From contig CAWERC010000001.1 of assembly GCA_963811505.1 (NCBI GenBank), forward strand, positions 62,016-126,015: 64,000 bases of DNA, read 5' to 3'. Origin of the DNA: an uncultured Solirubrobacterales bacterium (GTDB lineage Bacteria > Actinomycetota > Thermoleophilia > Solirubrobacterales > 70-9). The notes beneath the pieces were generated by a model. The model was not told the origin of the DNA. It was given only the letters and a program-made list of their open reading frames with translations, and searched no databases. Within the stretch, counting starts at the first letter, position 1. The number at the start of each line of letters is the position of its first letter. Positions 8,607 to 17,485 of this stretch are shown piece by piece. Both the position numbers and the translations under genes were made by a program.

Positions 8607-10876
8607 GCGACCTTCTTCAGGGGCGCGTAGTCGGCCATCAGCTTGCGCTCGGCCCCGTCGCCCGCGAACCGGACGACGACCACCGAGCCGGGCTCGACCG
8701 CCGTCACGACCCCCTCGCCGAAGCTGGCATGCAGGACGTCGTCGCCGACCGCGTAGGGGACCGGCGGCGGGGCCGCTTGCCTGCGCTCCGGCGGCGAGAC
8801 CTCGCCCCCGCTCGGCCGGCGGCCGAATCCGGTCGCGCGGCTGCGCGCGTCGCCGCCAAGCGACCAGCCGGTCGGGGTCGTCGCGACGTGGGCGTCGATC
8901 AGCTGCTCGGGGAGCTCCTTGAGGAAGCGCGAGGGCAGGTTCCAGCTCGCCCCGCCGTGCAGCGATCGGCGGCGGGCGTAGGTGAGCCAGAGTCGCTCGC
9001 GTGCCCGGGTGACGCCCACGTACGCGAGCCGGCGCTCCTCCTCGACGTTTCCCTCCTCGAGCGAGCGCGAGTGCGGGAACACCCCCTCCTCGCAGCCGAT
9101 CACGAACACGGCGTCGTACTCGAGTCCCTTGGCGTTGTGCAGCGACATCAGCGTGGCAAGGCTCTCCTCCTCGCGGATGTTGTCCTGGTCGGTGACCAGC
9201 GAGATCTGGGCGAGGAACTCCTCGAGCGGGGTGACGTCGGACTCTCCCTCGAGCTCGCGGTTGGCGTCGAACTCGCCGGCTACGGAGACCAGCTCCTCGA
9301 GGTTCTCGATCCGTCCCTCCGCCTCGACGGTGCGCTCGGCCTCCAGCGCCTCGATGTAGCCGGTCTCGTGCAGCGTGGCCTCCAGCAGCTCGGCGATCGG
9401 GCCCCGGCGCTCGGCCCGCTGGCGCAGGCCCGCCATCGTGTCGGCGAACCGGGTTACCGCCTTCAGCGCCGCCGTGCCGAGCCCCGGGATCGCCATCGGG
9501 TTCGAGAACACCTCCCAGACGTCGGCGCCGATCGTGTTCGCGTGCGAAAGCATCCGCGACAGGGTCTGCTGGCCGATCCCGCGGCGCGGCGAGTTGACGA
9601 CCCGCGCGAATGAGATCGCGTCGGCGGGGTTGGCGAGCAGCTGCAGGTAGGCGACCGCGTCCTTGATCTCGGCGCGCTCGTAGAACTTCGTCCCCCCGAT
9701 CACCTGGTAGGGGATCTCGAACCGCACCAGGGTGTCCTCCAGCACCCGGCTCTGCGCGTTGACGCGGTAAAAGACCGCGATCCGGTCGCGCGGCGTCCCC
9801 TCCTCCACCAGCCGGTTGACCTCCGAGGCCACGTAGCGGGCCTCGGAGTGCTCGTCGTCGAACTCGCCGACGACGATCTGATCGCCCTGCGCGCCGTCGG
9901 TGAAAAGGTGCTTCTCCCGGCGTTCAGTGTTATGCGAGACAAGCCCGTTGGCGGCGTCAAGGATTGTCTGGGTGGACCGATAGTTCTGCTCGAGCTTGAC
10001 GATCTCGGCATCCGGGAAGTCGCGATCGAAGCCGAGGATGTTGCGGATGTCGGCGCTCCGAAACGAGTAGATGCTCTGGTCCTCATCCCCGACAACCGTG
10101 AGGTTCCGGTGCTCCTCGGCGATCAGCTGCAGCATCCGGTACTGAGCGCGGTTCGTGTCCTGGTACTCGTCGACCAGCACCCAGCGGAAGATCCGCCGGT
10201 ACTTGTCGCGAACGTCTGCGAACAGCTCGAGCAGGTTGACGGTCCGCACGAGGAGATCGTCGAAGTCCATCGCCGACGCCTCGACCATCCGCCGCTCGTA
10301 GAGGTTGTAGACGTCGGCGATCGCCTGCTCGCGCTCGCTCTCGGCGGCCGCGGCGTAGTCGGCGGCGTCGGTGAGCTGGTTCTTTGCCGCCGAGATCGCC
10401 GCCTTGACCGAGCGCGGCGGGTAGCGCTTCGGGTCCAGCTCGAGCTCCTCCATGCAGCGCTTCACCATCCGCACCGAGTCGGGCTCGTCGTAGATCGTGA
10501 ACGCCCGCTTGTAGCCGAGGCGCGGCGCCTCGGCGCGCAGGATCCGCGCGCAGGCGGAGTGGAAGGTCATCACCCACATCGCCCGCGAGACGCCGCCGAC
10601 CAGCCCCGCGACGCGGTCGCGCATCTCGCCGGCGGCCTTGTTCGTGAACGTGATCGCGAGGATCTCGCTCGGTCGCGCCCGCCCGGTCGCCAGCAGCCAG
10701 GCGATCCTGTGGGTGAGGACGCGGGTCTTGCCCGACCCGGCCCCGGCGAGCACGAGCAGCGGCCCCTCGCCGTGGGTGACGGCCTCGCGCTGGGCGGGGT
10801 TGAGGTCGGCGAGCAGGCGCTCGACCTGGTCGGCGCCGGGCTCGATCGGCGCGCCGTATTCCGTCTCCATGCTCAC
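8603..10876 (-). CDS. pcrA: ATP-dependent DNA helicase PcrA/UvrD family
   Basis: Walker [15 protein letters not shown], and helicase motifs through VGVTRA. Length is 757 aa. It overlaps the folD start by 4 nt. Confidence 0.9.
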   Translation of the reverse strand: MSMETEYGAPIEPGADQVERLLADLNPAQREAVTHGEGPLLVLAGAGSGKTRVLTHRIAWLLATGRARPSEILAITFTNKAAGEMRDRVAGLVGGVSRAMWVMTFHSACARILRAEAPRLGYKRAFTIYDEPDSVRMVKRCMEELELDPKRYPPRSVKAAISAAKNQLTDAADYAAAAESEREQAIADVYNLYERRMVEASAMDFDDLLVRTVNLLELFADVRDKYRRIFRWVLVDEYQDTNRAQYRMLQLIAEEHRNLTVVGDEDQSIYSFRSADIRNILGFDRDFPDAEIVKLEQNYRSTQTILDAANGLVSHNTERREKHLFTDGAQGDQIVVGEFDDEHSEARYVASEVNRLVEEGTPRDRIAVFYRVNAQSRVLEDTLVRFEIPYQVIGGTKFYERAEIKDAVAYLQLLANPADAISFARVVNSPRRGIGQQTLSRMLSHANTIGADVWEVFSNPMAIPGLGTAALKAVTRFADTMAGLRQRAERRGPIAELLEATLHETGYIEALEAERTVEAEGRIENLEELVSVAGEFDANRELEGESDVTPLEEFLAQISLVTDQDNIREEESLATLMSLHNAKGLEYDAVFVIGCEEGVFPHSRSLEEGNVEEERRLAYVGVTRARERLWLTYARRRSLHGGASWNLPSRFLKELPEQLIDAHVATTPTGWSLGGDARSRATGFGRRPSGGEVSPPERRQAAPPPVPYAVGDDVLHASFGEGVVTAVEPGSVVVVRFAGDGAERKLMADYAPLKKVA

Positions 10877-10910
10877 CGTGCCCGAGGATAGTCGCGGGCG
10901 CGGCGCCGAC

Positions 10911-11711
10911 TCAGCGGCGCCGGATCGCCCGCTCGAGCGCCGCCGGGCCGAGGCTGTTCTCCTCGGTGTAGTGGCGGAACGAGATCCCGTCCAGGCTGAC
11001 GAACAGCTCGGATCCCGTGTCGACGTTGACGTCGCAGTTCCCGCTGTCGAGGAAGGTCACGGTGACCCGCCCCAGCGCATCGTTCGACAGCACGGGGAAC
11101 GGGTGGTAGAACCAGGGGCAGTATGGCTCCGGCAGCGTGAACGCCGTCGACGGGATCGCGCTGCCGTTCTCGTTGAAGAGCAGGCCTCCGAGGTGGATGC
11201 GGCCGAAGTTGTCGCGATAGAAGCCCACGTGCTGCCAGGTCGCGCCGATGGGGCTCAAGCTCGTGTCGTAGTTCTCCCAGCCGTTCTCGAAGGCGGGCTC
11301 GCCGACGCTTCCGACGTAGTGCCACTTGGGATTGGGGGCCAGGTCCGCGGCGCCGACGGCGCCATCGTCCAGCTCGGTGGAGGTGACCGCATCGGGGCCG
11401 AGCTCGCTGGTCCCGACCGAGTCCGGCTGCAGATCCGCGGCCGTGAGCCCTCCCTGCGTCATCGTGTCGTCGCGCACATCGGACGACAGGACGTGGTTGG
11501 GCGCGATCTTCGCGGAGGTGACCGCGTCAGTGGCGATGTCCGCGGTGCTGACGCCGCCCGTGGCGATGTCGATCGTCTTCACCTCGCCGTTCACGATGTC
11601 GGTGCTGTAGACGGTGTTGGCCGCGTACGCGACCCCACCCGTCAGGACGAGGAGGAGGGCAAGCGCTCCCATCCATTGACTGCGCACATTGGCGAGGAAT
11701 GATGAGAGCAT
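10911..11711 (-). CDS. Secreted protein with short D-I/A-V-T-S-x-x-I repeats and a C-terminal globular domain
   Basis: Signal peptide ALALLLVLTGGVAYA. Reiterated TADIATDAVTSAKIA / DSVGTSELGPDAVTSTELDDGAVGAADLA units. Confidence 0.6.
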   Translation of the reverse strand: MLSSFLANVRSQWMGALALLLVLTGGVAYAANTVYSTDIVNGEVKTIDIATGGVSTADIATDAVTSAKIAPNHVLSSDVRDDTMTQGGLTAADLQPDSVGTSELGPDAVTSTELDDGAVGAADLAPNPKWHYVGSVGEPAFENGWENYDTSLSPIGATWQHVGFYRDNFGRIHLGGLLFNENGSAIPSTAFTLPEPYCPWFYHPFPVLSNDALGRVTVTFLDSGNCDVNVDTGSELFVSLDGISFRHYTEENSLGPAALERAIRRR

Positions 11712-11798
11712 GGTTTCGGGATCCTTCCCTTCGACTGCTGGGCCCCTCCGATGGGCGTGAGTTCACTCTACCCGCACATCCGGCCGGCGCAAGGGCGC

Positions 11799-12536
11799 TC
11801 AGCCGCCGGCAGAGCTCGGTCCGCGCTTCGTGCGCAGGTGCTTGACCTCGCCCTCCGCCGCCTTGCCGTCGAGCTCGCGTAGGCGCTCCTCGAGCGCCGC
11901 GAGCCGGTCCGAGAGCGCCTTCAACGCCTCGGCGACCGGATCCGGCAGGTGGATCCAGTCGGCATCCGGGCCCTCGGGCCGCCTGCCCTCGACCCGCACC
12001 GGGTGGCCGGGGTTGCCGACGACGGTCGAGTTCGCCGGCACGTCCTCGATCACGACCGTGTTCGCCCCGACCTTGGCGCCGTGGCCGACCGTCAGCGGGC
12101 CGAGCAGCTTCGCGCCGGAACCGATCGTCACGTCGTCCTGCACGGTGGGATGGCGCTTGCCGCGCGCGAAGCCGGTCCCGCCGAGCGTGACCCCCTGGTA
12201 CAGCGTCACCCGATCGCCGATCTCGGCCGTCTCGCCGATCACGACGCCGGAGCCGTGGTCGATGAAGAAGTCCTCGCCAATGCTCGCCGCCGGGTGGATC
12301 TCCACCCCGGTGACCGCCCGGCTGGTGAACGCGATCGTCCGCGGGGCCAGCGGGACGCCGGCCTCGTAGAGGGCGTGCGATACGCGGTGGGCGAGCAGCG
12401 CCTGCACGCCGGCCCAGCTGGTCAGGATCTCGACCGTGCCGACGCCCCGGGCCGCCGGGTCGCGGTCGCGCGCCGCGGCGACGTCCGAGCCGATCTCCTG
12501 GACGACCCTTCGCAGTGTCCCGAGGCCGAGCATCAC
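11799..12536 (-). CDS. cysE: Serine O-acetyltransferase
   Basis: Hexapeptide-repeat core [32 protein letters not shown]. It overlaps cysK by 4 nt. Confidence 0.85.
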   Translation of the reverse strand: MMLGLGTLRRVVQEIGSDVAAARDRDPAARGVGTVEILTSWAGVQALLAHRVSHALYEAGVPLAPRTIAFTSRAVTGVEIHPAASIGEDFFIDHGSGVVIGETAEIGDRVTLYQGVTLGGTGFARGKRHPTVQDDVTIGSGAKLLGPLTVGHGAKVGANTVVIEDVPANSTVVGNPGHPVRVEGRRPEGPDADWIHLPDPVAEALKALSDRLAALEERLRELDGKAAEGEVKHLRTKRGPSSAGG

Positions 12537-13513
12537 TCGGCGACGAAGAAGGGCAGCGACATGTAGCGCTCGCCGCCGTCGGGGACGATGACCACGATCC
12601 GCCGTCCCGCGAGCTCGGGGCGGCCGGCCAGCTCGAGCGCGGCGTGCAGCGCCGCGCCGGCGGAGATCCCGACCAGCAGGCCCTCGCGTTGGGCGGCCGC
12701 TCGCGCCACCGCCAGCGCGGTCTCGTCGTCGACCGCGATCACCTCGTCGATCACGTCGCGGTCCAGGACAGCGGGCACGAATCCGGCACCGATCCCCTGG
12801 ATCTTGTGCGGTCCCGGCAGCGCACCGGAGAGCACCGCCGAGGTCGCCGGCTCGACGGCGACGACGTGGACCCCGGGGCGCCGCTGCTTCAGGACCTGGC
12901 CGACGCCGGTGATCGTCCCCCCGGTCCCGACACCGCAGACCAGGACGTCGACCTCGCCGTCGAGGTCGGCCCAGATCTCCTCGGCGGTGGTCCGGCGATG
13001 GATCTCGGGGTTGGCCGGGTTGGAGAACTGCTGGGGCATGAAGGCGCCGCGCTCGGCGACGATCTGCTCCGCGAGCCTGATCGCCTCGCTCATTCCCCCG
13101 AGCGACGCGGTCTCGTGCACCTCGGCCCCGTAGGCCCGCAGCAGCTTCGCCCGCTCGCGGCTCATCCCCTCGGGCATCGTCAGGACGAGGCCGTAACCGC
13201 GTGCCGCGCAGACCATCGCCAGGGCGATGCCCGTGTTGCCGCTGGTCGGCTCGACGATCGTCCCGCCCGGGGCGAGCGATCCATCGCGCTCGGCGGCGTC
13301 GATCATCGCCACGCCGATCCGGTCCTTGACCGACCCGCCGGGGCTCAGGTACTCGAGCTTCGCGACCACCTCGGCGCCCAGCCCCTCACCCAGGCGGCGC
13401 AGGGCGACGAGCGGGGTGCCGCCGACGGCCGCGGATGCCTCGGCGGCGATCGCCGGCGCGGCCGGTGTGCCGGTGTGCGGCTCAGTCATCGCGACCAAGG
13501 TACTGCGCGGCAC
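12533..13513 (-). CDS. cysK: Cysteine synthase A (O-acetylserine sulfhydrylase)
   Basis: PLP-lysine motif GGSVKDRIG, and GTGGTITG. The start could instead be the MTEPH at 13489. Confidence 0.9.
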   Translation of the reverse strand: MPRSTLVAMTEPHTGTPAAPAIAAEASAAVGGTPLVALRRLGEGLGAEVVAKLEYLSPGGSVKDRIGVAMIDAAERDGSLAPGGTIVEPTSGNTGIALAMVCAARGYGLVLTMPEGMSRERAKLLRAYGAEVHETASLGGMSEAIRLAEQIVAERGAFMPQQFSNPANPEIHRRTTAEEIWADLDGEVDVLVCGVGTGGTITGVGQVLKQRRPGVHVVAVEPATSAVLSGALPGPHKIQGIGAGFVPAVLDRDVIDEVIAVDDETALAVARAAAQREGLLVGISAGAALHAALELAGRPELAGRRIVVIVPDGGERYMSLPFFVAE

Positions 13514-13596
13514 GGACCGCGGCCTCCCCGAACGAACGTCCAGGGATTTGCGTCCAGTCGACTTGGGGTCCAGCCCCTAGAGCCGATAGGGGCTGC

Positions 13597-14742
13597 ATGT
13601 CAAAGACACGCTCGCTCCTCATCGTCCTGGCGTCGCTCGCGGCGCTGCTCGCCCTCCCCGCACGAAGCCTGGCGGATACCAACGGACAGACCCTGATCGG
13701 GTTTACCGACGACCTGAACCGTGTGGCGAATGCCGCTCCCGGCGTCGGCGGTGTATCGCAGGTCGCACGGATCCCGATCTATTGGCACGGTGTCATGGCA
13801 AGCGGCTGGGTCGAGGTCGACGCGGCGGTCCAGGCCGCCCGCGCGACCGGCCAGCGCCTGCTGCTCACGGTCACCGGCTTCGAGGCGCCGGACCTCGGCC
13901 AGTGGGCCGCATTCCTGACCGAGCTGAAGACCCGTTATCCGGACGTCTGGGGCGTGCAGGCATGGAACGAGCCCAACCTGCCGAGCATCGGCGGCAACCT
14001 CTCGATCACGCAAGTGGCCGGGATCGTCGAGGTGGCGCGTCAGGTCCTCCCCGGCGTCCGCATCGTCGGGCCGTCCGTATCGCCGACGGTGGACGGTGCG
14101 GCGGCGTACCAGACCGCGCTCTACGCGGCGCTCCCGGACGACGTGGGCGTCGGCGTCAACCTGTTCACGTACCGCAACAACTCCGCGGTCGAGGACATCG
14201 TCGCCGACTACCGCACGGCGAAGGCCGACGGCGGCAACGCGCCGGTCTACGTGACCGAGGTCGGCTTCCACGGCGCCTACTTCACCGACCAGGCGTCCGA
14301 CTCGGCGCGGGCGTTCGGAGCCCTCAAGCGCGAGGGAGCGGAGACGGTCGTCTTCTACCGGCTGCTGGCCAACCGTGCGGCGACTTCGAACTGGGAGCTC
14401 ACCGGCAACTTCAACGTCCTCAACGACGATCTGTCGCCGACCCCGATCCTCACTGCCCTGAAGGGCGCCCTCGCCGACACGACCCCACCGAAGGTCACCG
14501 TCAAGAAGCCGTCGGTGAACGCCAAGAAGCGCAAGGTGAAGATCTCGTTCTCGTTCGACGACTTCGGCCTCCAGGCGGTCGGCTTCACATGCAAGCTCGA
14601 TAAGAACGAGCCGGAGCCGTGCGAGCCACCGGTGACGTTCAAGAAGCTGAAGTACGGCAAGCACAAGCTCGTGGTCACCGCGATGGACGGGGGCGGCAAC
14701 GAGGCCACCGTCGTCAAGCGGTTCAAGCTGAAGGCGCCGTAG
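13597..14742 (+). CDS. Secreted clan-A glycoside-hydrolase-like protein with Lys-rich C-terminal Ig-like tail
   Basis: Start placed at ATG 13597 (MSKTRSLLIVLASLAALLALPARSLA signal peptide). QAWNEPN and YVTEVGF resemble the GH-A acid/base and nucleophile motifs. Confidence 0.65.
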   Translation: MSKTRSLLIVLASLAALLALPARSLADTNGQTLIGFTDDLNRVANAAPGVGGVSQVARIPIYWHGVMASGWVEVDAAVQAARATGQRLLLTVTGFEAPDLGQWAAFLTELKTRYPDVWGVQAWNEPNLPSIGGNLSITQVAGIVEVARQVLPGVRIVGPSVSPTVDGAAAYQTALYAALPDDVGVGVNLFTYRNNSAVEDIVADYRTAKADGGNAPVYVTEVGFHGAYFTDQASDSARAFGALKREGAETVVFYRLLANRAATSNWELTGNFNVLNDDLSPTPILTALKGALADTTPPKVTVKKPSVNAKKRKVKISFSFDDFGLQAVGFTCKLDKNEPEPCEPPVTFKKLKYGKHKLVVTAMDGGGNEATVVKRFKLKAP

Positions 14743-14812
14743 CCGGCCGCGTCCGGCCCCGCAGCGGTCGCGGCCCGGGCACGGCCGCTTGCGGCTAGCC
14801 TGCGCGATCCGT

Positions 14813-15217
14813 ATGCACGAGTCGAGAATCGCCACGCGGCCGCGGATCCTCGCCCTTGTCGCCGGCTGCGTCGCGACCCTCGGGCTCGCCGGGTGTGGCG
14901 GCGGTGACGACGAGACGACGAGCGCCTCGACGACCACCGCCACCGAGACGACGACCGCCGAGACGACCGACACCGGCGGCGGCGACCCCGAGGCCGCGGC
15001 GCTGCGCGAGCGGTTCAACGAGCAGCTGCTTCAGGTGCTCACCACGACCCAGAACCTCACCCGGGCGCAGGCCGAGTGCGCGATCGACGAGCTCGAGAGC
15101 TCCGTCTCCGACCAGGAGCTCCAGCGGGCGATCGAGGCGGCCGCCGAGACGGGCCAGCCCCCGCAGGACCTGATCGACTCCGCGTTCGACGCCGGCGCGA
15201 GCTGCGCCGGCAAGTAA
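14813..15217 (+). CDS. Lipoprotein, function unknown
   Basis: Lipobox LGLAGC followed by a Thr/Glu-rich linker. Start placed at ATG 14813. Confidence 0.6.
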   Translation: MHESRIATRPRILALVAGCVATLGLAGCGGGDDETTSASTTTATETTTAETTDTGGGDPEAAALRERFNEQLLQVLTTTQNLTRAQAECAIDELESSVSDQELQRAIEAAAETGQPPQDLIDSAFDAGASCAGK

Positions 15218-15244
15218 CGCGCCCCCCGTCCGAGCCCACGAACG

Positions 15245-15276
15245 CCGCGAGCCCGGCCTGATGGCCGGGCTCGCGG
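15245..15276. terminator. Strong bidirectional hairpin between convergent genes
   Basis: 14-bp perfect stem CCGCGAGCCCGGCC / GGCCGGGCTCGCGG with loop TGAT, read directly from the sequence. Confidence 0.65.
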
Positions 15277-15302
15277 TTACTCAGCGCTGCTGGAATTTCG
15301 GG

Positions 15303-16931
15303 CTACGGACGTGCCGCGAAGTTCCAGGTCCTCGAGTTCGACTGTGCGGTCGAGGTGCCACCCGAGGCGTACATGTTGGTTCCCCAGACCCGGCGCACTC
15401 CGCCGGACAGCGGGACCGGATCGGGCGTCGCCGCGGCGTAGTCACCCCAGCGGCAGTCGTTGTCCGAACCGGCGCAGTCGAACCCGTTGTAGTTACCGGG
15501 TGACGACTTAATCACGACCGGTGCCGATTGCGCGGCGGTGCCGATCTTCGACACCATCCGGATCTGCGGGAACAGGCCCGTGCTCGAGGCGTTGTACTGG
15601 AGCACCATCGAGCCACCACCGCTCTTGGTGGAGCCCTGGACAGCCCGGTCAGGTGCGATCGCGCCGTTGAAATTGAACAACGACGTGCTCGTCACCTTGC
15701 CGCTCTGCACCAGCGACAGCGGACTCGGATCGATCTCGTACCACCGCACCTCGGCGCCGACACCTGCGGACGTGGTGCGCGACGTCGTGTGCTGGATCCA
15801 GATCGCTCCCGGGATGTTGTTGACCCCAGCGGGGCTCGGGTCGAGACCCTGCACCGCCTGTGTCGGCCGCGCGTCGAGCGTGTCGAGCCGCTTGGTGGAG
15901 CCGGTGAACCCGCTCCTCTGCGACGCGTCCGCCGGCGCGTGGTACGTCGGAACCGTCAGGTTCGTCGACGACGCCGAGAACACCGGCGCGCCCGTCGACG
16001 AGTTCCGTGTCACCGTCCAGACGCGGAACAGGTTGCTCGGCAACCCGAGGTTACGACCGACGTAGTACCCGACCGTCCCGCCGTCGGTCTGGTTGACCGC
16101 CACCGGAGTGAACGTGTTCGCGAGGTTGAACTTCGTGCCAACCTTGAACGTGCTCGCCGCCGGACACGTCGTGCCCGCCGCCGGCTTGCTCACCGCAGTG
16201 ATGTCGGAGCCCAGGAACGAGCTCGGACCGAACGAGTTGACGCCGATCGTGAAGAAGGACGCACTGTCGCCCAGCTTCGGATAGTCGGGGAAACGGGTCC
16301 CGAAGTTGATCTGGTAATGGCACCAGTCAGTGGTCGCGTTGTTCGGCGACGCGGTCTTGCTGAACCCGATCGACAGCACGTTGTTGCTCGAGTTGATGAT
16401 CGAGTCACCGGCGTAGTAGAACCGGTTCGTCCCCGGGTCCCAGATGACCTGCGGGTCGAAGCTGTTCGTCGAGGACGCCTGACCCCACCATGCGTTGAGT
16501 GAGTTGGTGCTGATCGGCGTGTTGCTGGTCTTGCTGTAGATCGCGACCCGGCGGTTGATCGTCTCGACGTAGCGAGTCGTTCCGACCGCGCCAGTCGGGT
16601 CCGGCGGGGCGCTGCCGCCGTCGAAGATGCCTTCCCAGCTGCGACTGGTGGTCGGCGCCAACGCCTCGATGTCACCACCGGAGTCCCCGGAGGCCGCGGC
16701 GCCCCGCGGCGCCCTCGCCTTCGCGCGGTCGTCGGCGGGCAGGGTCAAAGCCCCGTCCAGCGCCGCCTGGCGCGCAGCGGGACCCATCGTTCCGTCGGCG
16801 GGCCCGCCCGCTCCGGCGGGCTGCAGTACCGCCGTGTTCGCGCCTGCTGCAGCCGGCACCATCAGTGCCCCTACGGCAAGCATGAAAAGCATCGCCCCGC
16901 GCATGTGGAAGCGACGAAACACCTCAGTCAT
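15303..16931 (-). CDS. Secreted protein, function unknown (beta-rich, Ser/Thr/Asn-rich)
   Basis: 542-aa ORF with signal peptide MLFMLAVGALMVPAAAGA and a GGAGGGA RBS upstream. I recognise no motifs. Confidence 0.6.
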   Translation of the reverse strand: MTEVFRRFHMRGAMLFMLAVGALMVPAAAGANTAVLQPAGAGGPADGTMGPAARQAALDGALTLPADDRAKARAPRGAAASGDSGGDIEALAPTTSRSWEGIFDGGSAPPDPTGAVGTTRYVETINRRVAIYSKTSNTPISTNSLNAWWGQASSTNSFDPQVIWDPGTNRFYYAGDSIINSSNNVLSIGFSKTASPNNATTDWCHYQINFGTRFPDYPKLGDSASFFTIGVNSFGPSSFLGSDITAVSKPAAGTTCPAASTFKVGTKFNLANTFTPVAVNQTDGGTVGYYVGRNLGLPSNLFRVWTVTRNSSTGAPVFSASSTNLTVPTYHAPADASQRSGFTGSTKRLDTLDARPTQAVQGLDPSPAGVNNIPGAIWIQHTTSRTTSAGVGAEVRWYEIDPSPLSLVQSGKVTSTSLFNFNGAIAPDRAVQGSTKSGGGSMVLQYNASSTGLFPQIRMVSKIGTAAQSAPVVIKSSPGNYNGFDCAGSDNDCRWGDYAAATPDPVPLSGGVRRVWGTNMYASGGTSTAQSNSRTWNFAARP

Positions 16932-17073
16932 AGACCATCCCTCCAGGATTCCTCCGTTGTGGTTCCCCTCTTATCCAACCGAACCTACCTGCACGGGGGG
17001 ACGGGAGTCAAGGGGGTTTTCCCGCAGTCCTGAGGCACCCGTGCCTGGGAGCGACGCGCCGAGGCGTAAATCT

Positions 17074-17457
17074 TCAGCGCAAACCGCTGTCGACAGCCAC
17101 GTCGACATCGGTGAGCGCGCCGGCCGAGACCTCGACGCTGACCGGGGCGAGGCTCGGCAGGCCAGGCGTCGCCGTCTGAATCACATAGTCGCCGGGCGGC
17201 ACCGCGACCTCCGCGTGACCGGCGCTGTCGGTGGTCACCGTCGCCACCGCCTCGCCGGTCGCCTCATCGAGGATCTCGAGCTCCCCGCTGAACGGCTCCG
17301 GCTCGCATTCCGGCAGTGTCGTCGCCGGGCCGGGGCAGTTCTCGATCGTGGCGGTGATCGCGATCCCGGACTCGTCGGCGGCGGGCTCGGTCGTCGCCTC
17401 CTCCCCGCACCCCGCGAGCGGGACCGCGAGCGCGAGGATCGCGGCGAGCCGGGCCAT
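17074..17457 (-). CDS. Small lipoprotein (carboxypeptidase-regulatory/Ig-like fold suspected)
   Basis: Lipobox PLAGC. 127-aa beta-rich sequence. Confidence 0.55.
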   Translation of the reverse strand: MARLAAILALAVPLAGCGEEATTEPAADESGIAITATIENCPGPATTLPECEPEPFSGELEILDEATGEAVATVTTDSAGHAEVAVPPGDYVIQTATPGLPSLAPVSVEVSAGALTDVDVAVDSGLR

Positions 17458-17485
17458 CGCCGATGTCTAGGCGTCCCCCAGAGCC

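Noticed and set aside
692-11711. Tail-fibre-like repeat proteins (692..1819 and 10911..11711), considered as prophage remnants.
   Set aside because: They have their own signal peptides and are surrounded by housekeeping genes (ndh, gatCAB, folD, pcrA, cysEK). No capsid, terminase, integrase or att-like repeats were seen.
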